A stretch of DNA of 64,000 bases from positions 20,765-84,764 of the forward strand of contig CAZWKX010000003.1 in NCBI GenBank assembly GCA_964633975.1, written 5' to 3'. Of the stretch, positions 54,110 to 62,597 are shown one piece after another. How positions within the stretch are numbered: position 1 is the stretch's first letter; each line of letters begins with the position of its first letter. The notes beneath the pieces were generated by a model. That model ran no database searches. It was not told where the DNA came from and saw only the letters and a program-made list of their open reading frames with translations. This DNA comes from an uncultured Acidimicrobiia bacterium. GTDB taxonomy: Bacteria; Actinomycetota; Acidimicrobiia; Spongiisociales; UBA11373. Position numbers and translations under genes: made by a program.

Positions 54110-54660
54110 ACGCCGCGCTGCTCGTCCTGGCCTATGTGAGTGGGCTCAACCCTCCCCGGACCCGCCTCGGCATCCCCGAGATGGCAAGCCAGAGAGCGAG
54201 GGCGCTGCCGCTGGTGGGCGGATCACTGCTGATGCTGGGAGCCGTGGTCGGGCTCGCCTGGTCCTCCGGCCCGCTCCTGGAGGTGCTTGAGATCACCCCG
54301 GAGACGTTCCGTATTGCCGCTGGTTTCACCTTGGCGCTTTGTGGCCTCTACGTGCTGGTCCGGCCCCGACCTGCGGAGGAGCCGGTGCCGGGCGGGTGGT
54401 GGCCGGCACTCTGGCCCGTCGCTTTCCCTCGGCTGCTCGGCCCGGAGATCTTGACGCTCTCGCTCACCACGGGTAGCCAGGAGGGTGTGGTGGCCACGAT
54501 GGCGGCGGCCGCCGTCTCCTTGGGTTTGCTGGGGTCGCTCGGACCATTGACGCGCCGGGAGACGGCCGATCGGGTGCTGCTCCATCTGGGCCGGGTGATA
54601 GCCGTCGGGCTTCTCGTGGTGGCGGTTTGGCTGCTCATCGAAGGCATCCGGGATGTGTGA
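54106..54660 (+). CDS. Small polytopic membrane protein
   Basis: 184 aa with about 5-6 hydrophobic helices. The start (GTGA) overlaps the upstream stop, and its stop overlaps the ALDH start (TGATG). Confidence 0.5.
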   Translation: MNAALLVLAYVSGLNPPRTRLGIPEMASQRARALPLVGGSLLMLGAVVGLAWSSGPLLEVLEITPETFRIAAGFTLALCGLYVLVRPRPAEEPVPGGWWPALWPVAFPRLLGPEILTLSLTTGSQEGVVATMAAAAVSLGLLGSLGPLTRRETADRVLLHLGRVIAVGLLVVAVWLLIEGIRDV

Positions 54661-56060
54661 TGTTTGATCCAGCCGTCGGTGAGACCGTTGCCGCCGCTCG
54701 GCGGGCACAGCAGGAGTGGGGACGACGCTCGCCCTCGGATCGGCAGCAGGCGATTGGTGCGCTGAAGCGCACCCTGGTCGCTTCTGCCCAACAGGTGGTC
54801 GACCGCGTGGTCGCAGAGACCGGCAAGAGCCCTTCCGACGTGATCGCCGGCGAGCTCATGCCGGCGGTGATCCATGCCCGGTATCTGGCCAGGAACACGG
54901 CCGAGCATCTGGGGCTCCGACGGGTCTCGGCCTTCCCGGCGCTCCACAAGCGGGCTTGGATTCGGTACGAGCCGTTGGGGGTGGCCGCGGTCATCTCTCC
55001 GTGGAACTTCCCTTTCTTCCTTGCCTTTCAGCCGACGATGACCGCCCTGGCCGCCGGCTGCGGGGTGGTGGTGAAGCCGTCGAGCACAACTCCGCGCTCG
55101 GGTGCCCTGGTCGCCGAGCTCGCCGAAGCCTCGGGCGTACCCTCAGGGCTGGTTGGAGTTGTCCATGGGGGAGCCGACGCCGGCCGGGCGCTCGTCGCCG
55201 CCGACATCGATGTCATCGCTTTCACCGGCTCGTCGGCAGTGGGGCGGGAGATCGCGGTCCAGGCCGGGGAGCGCTTCATACCCACGCTCTTGGAGCTGGG
55301 GGGCAAACACCCCATGATCGTGCTCGAGGACGCCAACCTGGTGCGGGCCGCCAGAGGGGCGGTGTGGGGCCGTTTTTTCAACGCCGGGCAGATGTGCGTC
55401 GCCGTGGAGCGGGTCTACGTGGTGGCCGCCGCCTACGACGCCTTCGTGCAGGAGCTGAGGCGTGCCCTCGGTGACGTTGAGGGATCCGACGACTCGCGCC
55501 GAGGCATCGGCCCGCTGATTGGGCCGGGACAGATGAAGGTAGTCGAGCGACACGTCGCCGACGCCATTGCTGCCGGGGCCAGCGTGCTGTCTGGTGGCCG
55601 GCGTTGCGGGGATCGCCACTATGAGCCCACCGTGCTCATCGACGTCGATCATTCGATGCTGGTGATGACCGAGGAGACCTTCGGCCCCGTGCTGCCGGTT
55701 ATGCGGGTCGCCGACGAGGGTGAGGCGGTGGCTCGGGCCAACGATTCGCCTTTTGGCTTGCATGCGTCGGTATGGACCGGGGACACGCTTCGGGCTCGCA
55801 GGGTGGCGGCTCGGCTGCAGGCGGGCACGGTCGCGGTGAACGACGGCCTGGTCAACTATGGCATACCGGCGCTGCCGTTTGGGGGTGTAGGCGCATCGGG
55901 ATGGGGCCGAACGGGCTCCGCCGACGGGCTGCGGGCCTTCTCATACACCAAGTCGATTACCGAGAGCCGCATCCGGCTTCGTCGCGAGTTCCAGTGGTTT
56001 CCGCGCCGCGGCAGCGAGAAGCTTCGCTTGAGGCTCATGAGGTTCTTGGCCGGGCGCTAG
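54660..56060 (+). CDS. NAD(P)-dependent aldehyde dehydrogenase
   Basis: ISPWNFPF, FTGSSAVGR, ELGGKHP (catalytic Glu), NAGQMCVAVER (catalytic Cys) and EETFGPV. Confidence 0.9.
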   Translation: MFDPAVGETVAAARRAQQEWGRRSPSDRQQAIGALKRTLVASAQQVVDRVVAETGKSPSDVIAGELMPAVIHARYLARNTAEHLGLRRVSAFPALHKRAWIRYEPLGVAAVISPWNFPFFLAFQPTMTALAAGCGVVVKPSSTTPRSGALVAELAEASGVPSGLVGVVHGGADAGRALVAADIDVIAFTGSSAVGREIAVQAGERFIPTLLELGGKHPMIVLEDANLVRAARGAVWGRFFNAGQMCVAVERVYVVAAAYDAFVQELRRALGDVEGSDDSRRGIGPLIGPGQMKVVERHVADAIAAGASVLSGGRRCGDRHYEPTVLIDVDHSMLVMTEETFGPVLPVMRVADEGEAVARANDSPFGLHASVWTGDTLRARRVAARLQAGTVAVNDGLVNYGIPALPFGGVGASGWGRTGSADGLRAFSYTKSITESRIRLRREFQWFPRRGSEKLRLRLMRFLAGR

Positions 56061-56207
56061 CTCCCCGCCCGGCTCCTCGGATCGGGGCCGTCCACGCTGA
56101 TCCGGCGATGCCTCATCCAGCGTTACCCCCGGGCCGGCCGCAACTTCGAGTGCTTCTCCGAGGATCCGTATCTGACCGCTCGGCTGGCCCGAATCGCGCC
56201 CGACCAG

Positions 56208-58007
56208 CTACGGAGGTTCCTCCGCCGGGCAGCTGTTGTCCCTGTGACAGCTGTGCATCTTGGTGATCTCGATGGCCCCGGTGTAGTGCCAGGTCCACAT
56301 CTCCTCGGTCGTGGTGCCGTCGGGGTACGTGATGTAGCGGAAGACGTCCACCGACCAGCCGGGCGAGCCCGCCTTGAAGATCGTCACGGACGGATCGAGC
56401 GTGTCGTCGTAGTCGGTTCGTCTCGTAATGCCGGAGAAGTTGTAGCGATCGGAGAGGCCCGCCTCCACCACGATGCCGCCGTTGTCGCCGTAGATCTTCG
56501 CTGTGATCGAGGTGTCGGTGTGCGAGGTCATGATGATCACGGCGTGCTCGGTGTTGTTGCGGAAGACCAGGTCGGGCTCGGGGTAGCCCAATGTGGCCTC
56601 ACGTCCTTCGGGGTAGCGGGTGAAGTAGATGCTGTGGGGCATGTGGGCTGCATCCTCAAGCCCGGCGAAAAAGAACGCGTTGTAGAGCGTTGTGGTGAAT
56701 TGGCTGGTTCCGCCGCCGATGTTGATGTCCAGGTCGCAGCACACCAGCTCCCCCTTCCAGATGGCGCCGGCGCGCACGTAGCCCTTGGCGACCGTGCGCG
56801 GTCCCACGTACTCGTTGAGCGACCAGGTCTCTCCGGGCATGACGATGGCGCCTTCGGTGGCGTCGGCGATCAGCTGGATGTTGATGACGCGGCTCTCGCA
56901 GCAGTTGTGGTAGGTGGTGAACTCGCCGATCAGCTCCTTGATTCCCAGCGCCTCGATGTCGGCGGTGGTGACCTCGGGATCGGCTCCGGGGCGGTAAGGG
57001 ATCTCGCCGGTGCGGGTCACCGATAGAGCGGCAACCGTTGCGGCGGCGGGCAGGGCCTCGGTGTCGAGCTCCAGAGCCGGGCTGCCGGGGAGGACCCTGA
57101 CCACGTCGCGCAGGTCGTCGATGTACAGCTCGGCGTCCACCGGATCGGAGGCGACCGCGTCGGCGGCAGGACCGAGGTAGTCGGCGAGTTTGTCGGCGTC
57201 GAACGTGTACGTGAAGGATGGAGGGGAGGTGCCGTCGTCGCGCGCCACAATGAGGGCATCGGCGAGTACGTCCGCGGGGATGGTCAGCTCGTGCCCCTTG
57301 CGGCTGTCGATAAGGCGGATGCCGGAGGACACGACCCACTGCGCATCGGCGACTGCCGCGTCGATGTCGGCGTCGCTCAGCGGCGGCTGGAGCGTCTGCA
57401 GCGGGAGCTCGACCGGGCTCCGCTCGGAATCGACGAGCGCCGCCAGCAAAAGCCGCATCGCCTTGTCGATGTCGATGCCGGTGCCGGCGCTGGGGTAGTG
57501 AGACACCAGCCGACCGTTCTCCACGCTGATGGACCCGGCGAAGGCGGGGTCGTCTATGCCTTCCAGCTCCCAGCCGGCGACGATCCGGCGAAGCTCGGTC
57601 TCGTTGTAGGTGAAGTGGATCTCGGCGGTCGAGTTGCCGCCACCCAGATGGCCCATCCACCAGCCGAACTGGCTGCCGAGGTTCCCTCGGCGGCCTTGTG
57701 CCAGGGCCGTCTCGGCTACGGTCCGCTCGTCGAGATCGAAGTCGATGTCGGTCGGGTTCAGCTCGAACTCCCGGCCGTCTGCGATGGCGATCACCGGCTG
57801 CGTCAGCAGCCTCTCCTCGAGGTCGGCCAGCGCGTCGAGAGCCTCCTCGCGATTGAGGCCTCCGAGCTGGACATCTCCGGCGACGACTCGGCCGAGCACC
57901 TCGCCGCCGTTGGTGACGCGATCGAGGGCGAACACCACCCCGACCATGACGGTCATCGAGACGACGATCAGGGCGATCACTACGAGGGTTCGTGGGATCC
58001 TGAACAT
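56208..58007 (-). CDS. VanW-family protein with N-terminal membrane anchor
   Basis: 599 aa. The TM helix is TLVVIALIVVSMTVMVGVVFAL. C-terminal VanW-like blocks are INIQLIADATEGAIVMPGETWSLNEYVG, GGGTSQFTTTLYNAFFFAGL and the RYPEGREATL motif. Confidence 0.75.
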   Translation of the reverse strand: MFRIPRTLVVIALIVVSMTVMVGVVFALDRVTNGGEVLGRVVAGDVQLGGLNREEALDALADLEERLLTQPVIAIADGREFELNPTDIDFDLDERTVAETALAQGRRGNLGSQFGWWMGHLGGGNSTAEIHFTYNETELRRIVAGWELEGIDDPAFAGSISVENGRLVSHYPSAGTGIDIDKAMRLLLAALVDSERSPVELPLQTLQPPLSDADIDAAVADAQWVVSSGIRLIDSRKGHELTIPADVLADALIVARDDGTSPPSFTYTFDADKLADYLGPAADAVASDPVDAELYIDDLRDVVRVLPGSPALELDTEALPAAATVAALSVTRTGEIPYRPGADPEVTTADIEALGIKELIGEFTTYHNCCESRVINIQLIADATEGAIVMPGETWSLNEYVGPRTVAKGYVRAGAIWKGELVCCDLDINIGGGTSQFTTTLYNAFFFAGLEDAAHMPHSIYFTRYPEGREATLGYPEPDLVFRNNTEHAVIIMTSHTDTSITAKIYGDNGGIVVEAGLSDRYNFSGITRRTDYDDTLDPSVTIFKAGSPGWSVDVFRYITYPDGTTTEEMWTWHYTGAIEITKMHSCHRDNSCPAEEPP

Positions 58008-58076
58008 GGCAGCGGCCGCAGGGATTCTAAGCGGCGACGTGGGCTGTCGCGGGTACCGCTGCTACATTCGCCTGCC

Positions 58077-58781
58077 GTGAGCGCTCCGGGCCTGTTTGAA
58101 TTCGTCGACGTGGAAGTGGAGGGCTCCGACGGGCTGGTGCTCGAGGGCGTGACCGCTCGCATCGACGGCGGAGGCATCACCGCCGTCGTTGGACCCTCGG
58201 GCGCAGGGAAGTCGACTCTGCTGCGCCTCTGCAATCGGCTGGAGGCCCCGTCGAGAGGTGCGGTCCGCTACCGAGGCTCCGACGTGTCCACGTTCGACCC
58301 CACAGACCTGCGCCGGCGCGTCGGCATGCTGGGTCAGCGGCCCATCCCGTTTCCCGGGACGGTCAGGGACAACCTGTACGCGGCCGCCGCCCAGGCGGAC
58401 GACGACACCCTGGCGGAGTGCCTGGATCGGGTGCATCTGCCGCCATCCCTCTTGGGACGTACCGCGGACGATCTGTCGGTGGGGGAGCAGCAGCGTATGT
58501 GCCTTGGCAGGGCATTATTGACCGAGCCGGAGACGCTGCTGATGGACGAGCCGACGTCGGCGCTCGACACGGAAGCCCGGTCGGCGCTGGAACGGCTCGC
58601 TCGGGAGCTGGTCGATGGGGGCGTTTCTCTGCTTTGGGTCAGTCACGACTTGGCGCAGGCGCGGCGCATGGCGACGGAGGCCCTGGTGTTGGTGTCGGGA
58701 CGGGCATGGGGACCCGCACCGTTCGACGCCCTGGCCGACGCTCCCGCCGAGTTTCGGGACTTCTGGAACGGCGGGTTCTGA
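58077..58781 (+). CDS. ABC transporter ATP-binding protein (FetA/YbbL-like)
   Basis: GTG at 58077. Walker A GPSGAGKST, signature LSVGEQQR, Walker B LLMDEPTSALD, H-loop VSHD. Confidence 0.85.
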   Translation: MSAPGLFEFVDVEVEGSDGLVLEGVTARIDGGGITAVVGPSGAGKSTLLRLCNRLEAPSRGAVRYRGSDVSTFDPTDLRRRVGMLGQRPIPFPGTVRDNLYAAAAQADDDTLAECLDRVHLPPSLLGRTADDLSVGEQQRMCLGRALLTEPETLLMDEPTSALDTEARSALERLARELVDGGVSLLWVSHDLAQARRMATEALVLVSGRAWGPAPFDALADAPAEFRDFWNGGF

Positions 58782-59569
58782 TGCCGGGGCCCGTGGGATG
58801 GATCGGCCTGGCTGTGTCCGCCGCTCTCGTGCTCGTGGCGGTCGGCGTGTCCGCCGTGCGGCGTCTCGGTCTGGAGGCCAGCATGCTCTGGTCGGCGGCT
58901 CGGGCGCTGGCTCAGCTGCTCGTGGTCGGCGGGCTCCTCGTCTACGTCATCGACCCGAAGCGTCCCATCGTGCTGTCGTGGGTCTGGGTGGTGGTCATCG
59001 TGCTCGTCGCCGCGGACACCGTGCGGAGGCGCGTCCGTGAGGCGCCGGGCGCCTTCGTCGTGGCCCTTCTCGCCTTTGGCGCCTCGGCTGTGGTGACGCT
59101 GGGAATCATCTTCGGGTGCCGGGTATTCGCGATCGAGGGCAAGACCGTGGTGCCCCTCGGAGGGATGATGGTGGGCAACTCGATGACGGCGGCCGTTCTG
59201 GTGGCCAGGCGCATCCTGGCCGAGCTGAGCGACAAGAGGCTCGAGGTCGAGGCTCGCCTGGCGCTTGGGTGGACCGCCCGGTCCGCTGCTCTGCCCTATG
59301 TGCGCGCTGCCGTCCGGGATGCCCTGGTGCCGCAGCTGGAGCGGACCAAGGCCACGGGCCTCATTTTCCTTCCCGGAGCGATGACGGGTCTGATCCTCGC
59401 CGGCGTCGACCCCGTCGACGCCGTCCTGGTTCAGATAGTGGTCATGTACCTCATTCTGGCGTCGACGGCCACGACGACCTCGGTGGTGGCCTGGGGTGTT
59501 TCGCGCCGCTTGTTCACCTCGGACCAGCGCCTTCGGCGCCTGCCGCGAAGAGAGAGCCGGCAGCCCTAG
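58781..59569 (+). CDS. UPF0014/FetB-like ABC exporter permease
   Basis: The ATG at 58781 overlaps the ATPase stop. It is 262 aa with about 7 TM helices. The arrangement and size match YbbM/FetB-type permeases. Confidence 0.7.
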   Translation: MPGPVGWIGLAVSAALVLVAVGVSAVRRLGLEASMLWSAARALAQLLVVGGLLVYVIDPKRPIVLSWVWVVVIVLVAADTVRRRVREAPGAFVVALLAFGASAVVTLGIIFGCRVFAIEGKTVVPLGGMMVGNSMTAAVLVARRILAELSDKRLEVEARLALGWTARSAALPYVRAAVRDALVPQLERTKATGLIFLPGAMTGLILAGVDPVDAVLVQIVVMYLILASTATTTSVVAWGVSRRLFTSDQRLRRLPRRESRQP

Positions 59570-60036
59570 GCCGACCCAGCGGCGGCTACGTCCTCGAGGG
59601 TGTGTTCGACATGCCCGTCCGCCTTCACGTTGTACCAGGCCTTCTCGATCAGGCCATCGGGCCCGATGATGAACGTGGAGCGGATGAGCCCTTTCCCACC
59701 CTTGCCCCCAGCCTTCTTGCCCCATACGCCGTAGGCCGTGGCGACCTCGTGGTCGGGGTCCGACAGCAGAGTGAAGGGGAGCGAGTGCTTGTGGCGGAAA
59801 GCGGCGAGTTGCTTCGGAGGGTCCGGGCTGATACCCACGATGTCGTAGCCGGCGGCGAGGAACGCCTCGTGGCGATCCCGGAAGTCGCAGGCCTCGGTGG
59901 TACAGCCGGGCGTGAAGGCTTTCGGGTAGAAGTAGACGACGAGGCGTCGCCCGGCGTAGTCGTCGAGAGTCGCGTGTGCCCCGGAATCGTCGGCGAGCGA
60001 GAAGCTGGGGGCGGGGTCCCCGGGACCGAGCGTCAT
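59566..60036 (-). CDS. bcp: Thiol peroxidase / peroxiredoxin Bcp
   Basis: 156 aa. PAPSFSL, LVVYFYPKAFTPGCTTEAC. Confidence 0.9.
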   Translation of the reverse strand: MTLGPGDPAPSFSLADDSGAHATLDDYAGRRLVVYFYPKAFTPGCTTEACDFRDRHEAFLAAGYDIVGISPDPPKQLAAFRHKHSLPFTLLSDPDHEVATAYGVWGKKAGGKGGKGLIRSTFIIGPDGLIEKAWYNVKADGHVEHTLEDVAAAGSA

Positions 60037-61136
60037 GGTTCGTTTCCAGGCACGTTGGGAAGGTTACCGGCGGCCGAGCACTGTGCCGTGTCGGGTGCAA
60101 GCTCCTGGTGTGCAGTGTGCCTTCGGGCCCGCAGCTGCCCGCAGGCGGCGTCGATGTCGCCGCCGCGGTTGCGCCGCAGGGTGACGTTGGCCCCTGCGGC
60201 CCGGATCCGGGCCGCGAAAGCATGGGCCGCGTCCTGCGACGGGGCCCGAAACTGGGAGAGCGGAGAGGCGTTGAGGGGAATCACGTTGACGTGGGCCCGA
60301 AGCTCTTGGGCGATTGCGGCGAGGCCGCGGGCTTGCTCGGGGGTGTCGTTGATGTCTTTGATCAGCGCCCACTCGAGTGATACCCGCCGTCCCTTCTTTC
60401 TGCGGTATGCGGCCGCGGCGGCAACCAGATCATCGATCGGGTAGCGCCGGTTCAGAGGCACGAGACGGCTGCGGAGGTCGTCGTCGGCGGCGTGGAGGCT
60501 GAGGGCCAGGGTGAGCGGCCAGGGTTCCTCAGCGAGGCGGAGCATACCGGGGACCACACCCACCGTGGACACTGTGATGGAACGGGCCGACATGCCCATC
60601 TCCTCGATGAGGCGGCGGATGGCCTCCCTCACCGGCTCGTAGTTGGCCAACGGCTCGCCCATGCCCATGAACACGGCGTTCGAAAGCCGGTTGGAGCAGC
60701 CCGGGAGACCGAGGGCATCGAGCCACGCCTTGGCATAGGCGACCTGGGCGGTGATCTCACCTGCGCCGAGGTGGCGCTCGAAGCCGAACTGGCCGGTGGC
60801 GCAGAAGGTGCAGGCCAGGGCGCAGCCCGCCTGCGAGGAGATGCACAGGGTGGTCCGCGACGGGTAGCCCATCAGCACGGTCTCGATGGAGGCGCCGTCT
60901 CCGGCACGGAACAGCCACTTGACCGTTTGCCCACGGTCGGCGGTCTGCTCCTCTTCGACGGCAAAAGGCCACAGCCTGGGCTCGATGCCGGCTCGCAGCT
61001 CCTTGGGCAGGTTCGTCATGTCGGCGGCGTGAAGCACCGGGGTGCGGTACAGCCACGCACGCAGCTGGCGGATCCGAAACGGTGGCTCTCCCGGCAACAG
61101 CGACGCCAGGTCCTCGGGCGGTGTGAGGTAGGGCAA
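60033..61136 (-). CDS. rlmN: Radical-SAM 23S rRNA/tRNA (adenine-C2)-methyltransferase
   Basis: 367 aa. The radical SAM cluster motif is CISSQAGCALACTFCATGQ. FMGMGEPLAN is also present. The ATGA overlaps bcp. Confidence 0.9.
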   Translation of the reverse strand: MPYLTPPEDLASLLPGEPPFRIRQLRAWLYRTPVLHAADMTNLPKELRAGIEPRLWPFAVEEEQTADRGQTVKWLFRAGDGASIETVLMGYPSRTTLCISSQAGCALACTFCATGQFGFERHLGAGEITAQVAYAKAWLDALGLPGCSNRLSNAVFMGMGEPLANYEPVREAIRRLIEEMGMSARSITVSTVGVVPGMLRLAEEPWPLTLALSLHAADDDLRSRLVPLNRRYPIDDLVAAAAAYRRKKGRRVSLEWALIKDINDTPEQARGLAAIAQELRAHVNVIPLNASPLSQFRAPSQDAAHAFAARIRAAGANVTLRRNRGGDIDAACGQLRARRHTAHQELAPDTAQCSAAGNLPNVPGNEP

Positions 61137-61143
61137 CGGGCGC

Positions 61144-61503
61144 TCAGCGCCCGGCCAGGCTGCCCGCTTGGGTCACCCAGTCCCGGGCTCGAGACTCCGG
61201 GACCTGGGCGGCCGCGGCGACATCGGCCGGGTCGGCAGCAGCGAGGGCTCCGAAGCTGGTGATTCCCGCCGCGGCCAGGCGGGCCCGATACACGGGGCCG
61301 ATGCCCTTGACCACGGCCAGGTCGTCAACCGGCCGGCCGGCCGGCTTGGGGGTCTTGGATTGTGCCGGTGGTGCAGGTGGCAGCTTTGCCGGCTCCGCGG
61401 GACCAACCGGCTTGGGCGCGGCGATGCGGTTCTTGAGCACCCAGATGGCCGCGACGGCAGCACCGGCGGCGGCGAGGATGCCTGCGATGTGTGAACGTTT
61501 CAC
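61144..61503 (-). CDS. Membrane-anchored helix-hairpin-helix (DUF4332-like) protein
   Basis: 119 aa. An N-terminal TM (IAGILAAAGAAVAAIWVL), a Pro-rich linker, and HhH-like VKGIGPVYRARLAAAGITSFGAL. Confidence 0.45.
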   Translation of the reverse strand: MKRSHIAGILAAAGAAVAAIWVLKNRIAAPKPVGPAEPAKLPPAPPAQSKTPKPAGRPVDDLAVVKGIGPVYRARLAAAGITSFGALAAADPADVAAAAQVPESRARDWVTQAGSLAGR

Positions 61504-61550
61504 GTGTCCTCCGGAGCCGATTGTACCCCGCGGCCCTACTAGCTCCGGGG

Positions 61551-62168
61551 CTAGCTTCCGGGCCGGTGGATCCGCCGGTTCACCGCGTCGAGAACGGCGC
61601 GCACTGCCGCCTCGCTGTCGTCCCCGGTGCTCAGAGCCGAACCGACGCAGACTTCCTCTCCGCGGGCGCCGGTGCTCACCACGATGGCGAGTATGACGGT
61701 GCGCATGCCGATACCGGGAGCCCCGATTGCGTCGAGGGCGAGCGCGTCATCGGCGACGATCGCCTCGGTGGCGCGAAGTGCGGCCTCGCCGACGAGGCGC
61801 AAGCGCGCCGAAGGTGCCGCCGGTCCCGTTGCCGTCCCCACATACTCATCGTTGTGCCAGCGAAGGGTGACGGCGACCGTGGTGCGGGTGCCTTCAGGGA
61901 TCTCGTGGACACCGATGATGACGGGGCGGTCCTCTTCGGCACGTATGAGGTCGGGTCCGATCTGGACCACCGAGATTATGCGGCGGTCGAGGTCGATGCC
62001 GAAGCGGGCCAGGGCCAGGGTCTGCACGTCGCGGACGACCTGCTTGGCCGCTTTTTCAGGGGCGGCGAGCACGTGGACTTCGCGGATCCGGGAGCGGTCG
62101 CCACTCACGCGCACGGCGTTGACCGTGGGGAGGCGAGCGAGCGTTTCCTCCAATTCGCGGTAGTCCAT
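61551..62168 (-). CDS. Hypothetical protein; C-terminal half resembles a LeuA/CimA-type regulatory (LeuA_dimer-like) domain
   Basis: ATG at 62168 is preceded by GGAGGCGGAGG. It is 205 aa. The pattern V.V.L.....Y.G.A.G........A.L.A ... GSALSTGDDSEAAVRAVLDAVNRRI parallels the C-terminal domains of the leuA and cimA products in this window. Tentative. Confidence 0.45.
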   Translation of the reverse strand: MDYRELEETLARLPTVNAVRVSGDRSRIREVHVLAAPEKAAKQVVRDVQTLALARFGIDLDRRIISVVQIGPDLIRAEEDRPVIIGVHEIPEGTRTTVAVTLRWHNDEYVGTATGPAAPSARLRLVGEAALRATEAIVADDALALDAIGAPGIGMRTVILAIVVSTGARGEEVCVGSALSTGDDSEAAVRAVLDAVNRRIHRPGS

Positions 62169-62289
62169 CCTCCGCCTCCACCGTGAGGTGACCGCCACAT
62201 AGCGTAGCCAGACCAACAACGATCTGTCACACAGGCGACTTCGCCCCGACACGTTACTTCACAACCAGGTACTGTTTGCCAATCGACCC

Positions 62290-62470
62290 CGTGTCGAATG
62301 GGTAGCACCGGGAGGTCGCGCATCGGTGAAGACCGACGTGCAACGTGCCGAAGAAGCACGTGCGCGGGTGACCGCCCGGGAAAGGGGCCGCCCGGGTCAC
62401 TGAACGGCCAACCTTCGAATTAGCGGAGCGGAAGACAGGCGCCGGATTAGCGCCGGTGCCGAATCCGTGA
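62290..62470 (+). promoter_or_regulatory. Candidate structured RNA; weak resemblance to a cobalamin riboswitch core
   Basis: It lies within an about 430-nt gene-free gap (62169-62597). GGTAGCACCGGGAGG (62301-15), hairpin TCGG-TGAAGA-CCGA containing GGTGAAGACC (62325-34), CACTG (62398-402) and GGAAGACAGGCGCC (62430-43) occur in the order of the B12-element GGGAA / GGUGnnAAnCC / CACUG / B12-box. There are several further hairpins. Identity is not established. Confidence 0.3.
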
Positions 62471-62597
62471 GAAGGGAAGCGGTAGGTGAGCCGGATGGTC
62501 GCATTTGCAGGAGAAACGAGACCCGGGGCGCCTACCGGCCTCCGCATGGACTGCTGGAGGATCGGTTAGACGCCCGACCCGGGCGCCCGCTGCCCAT

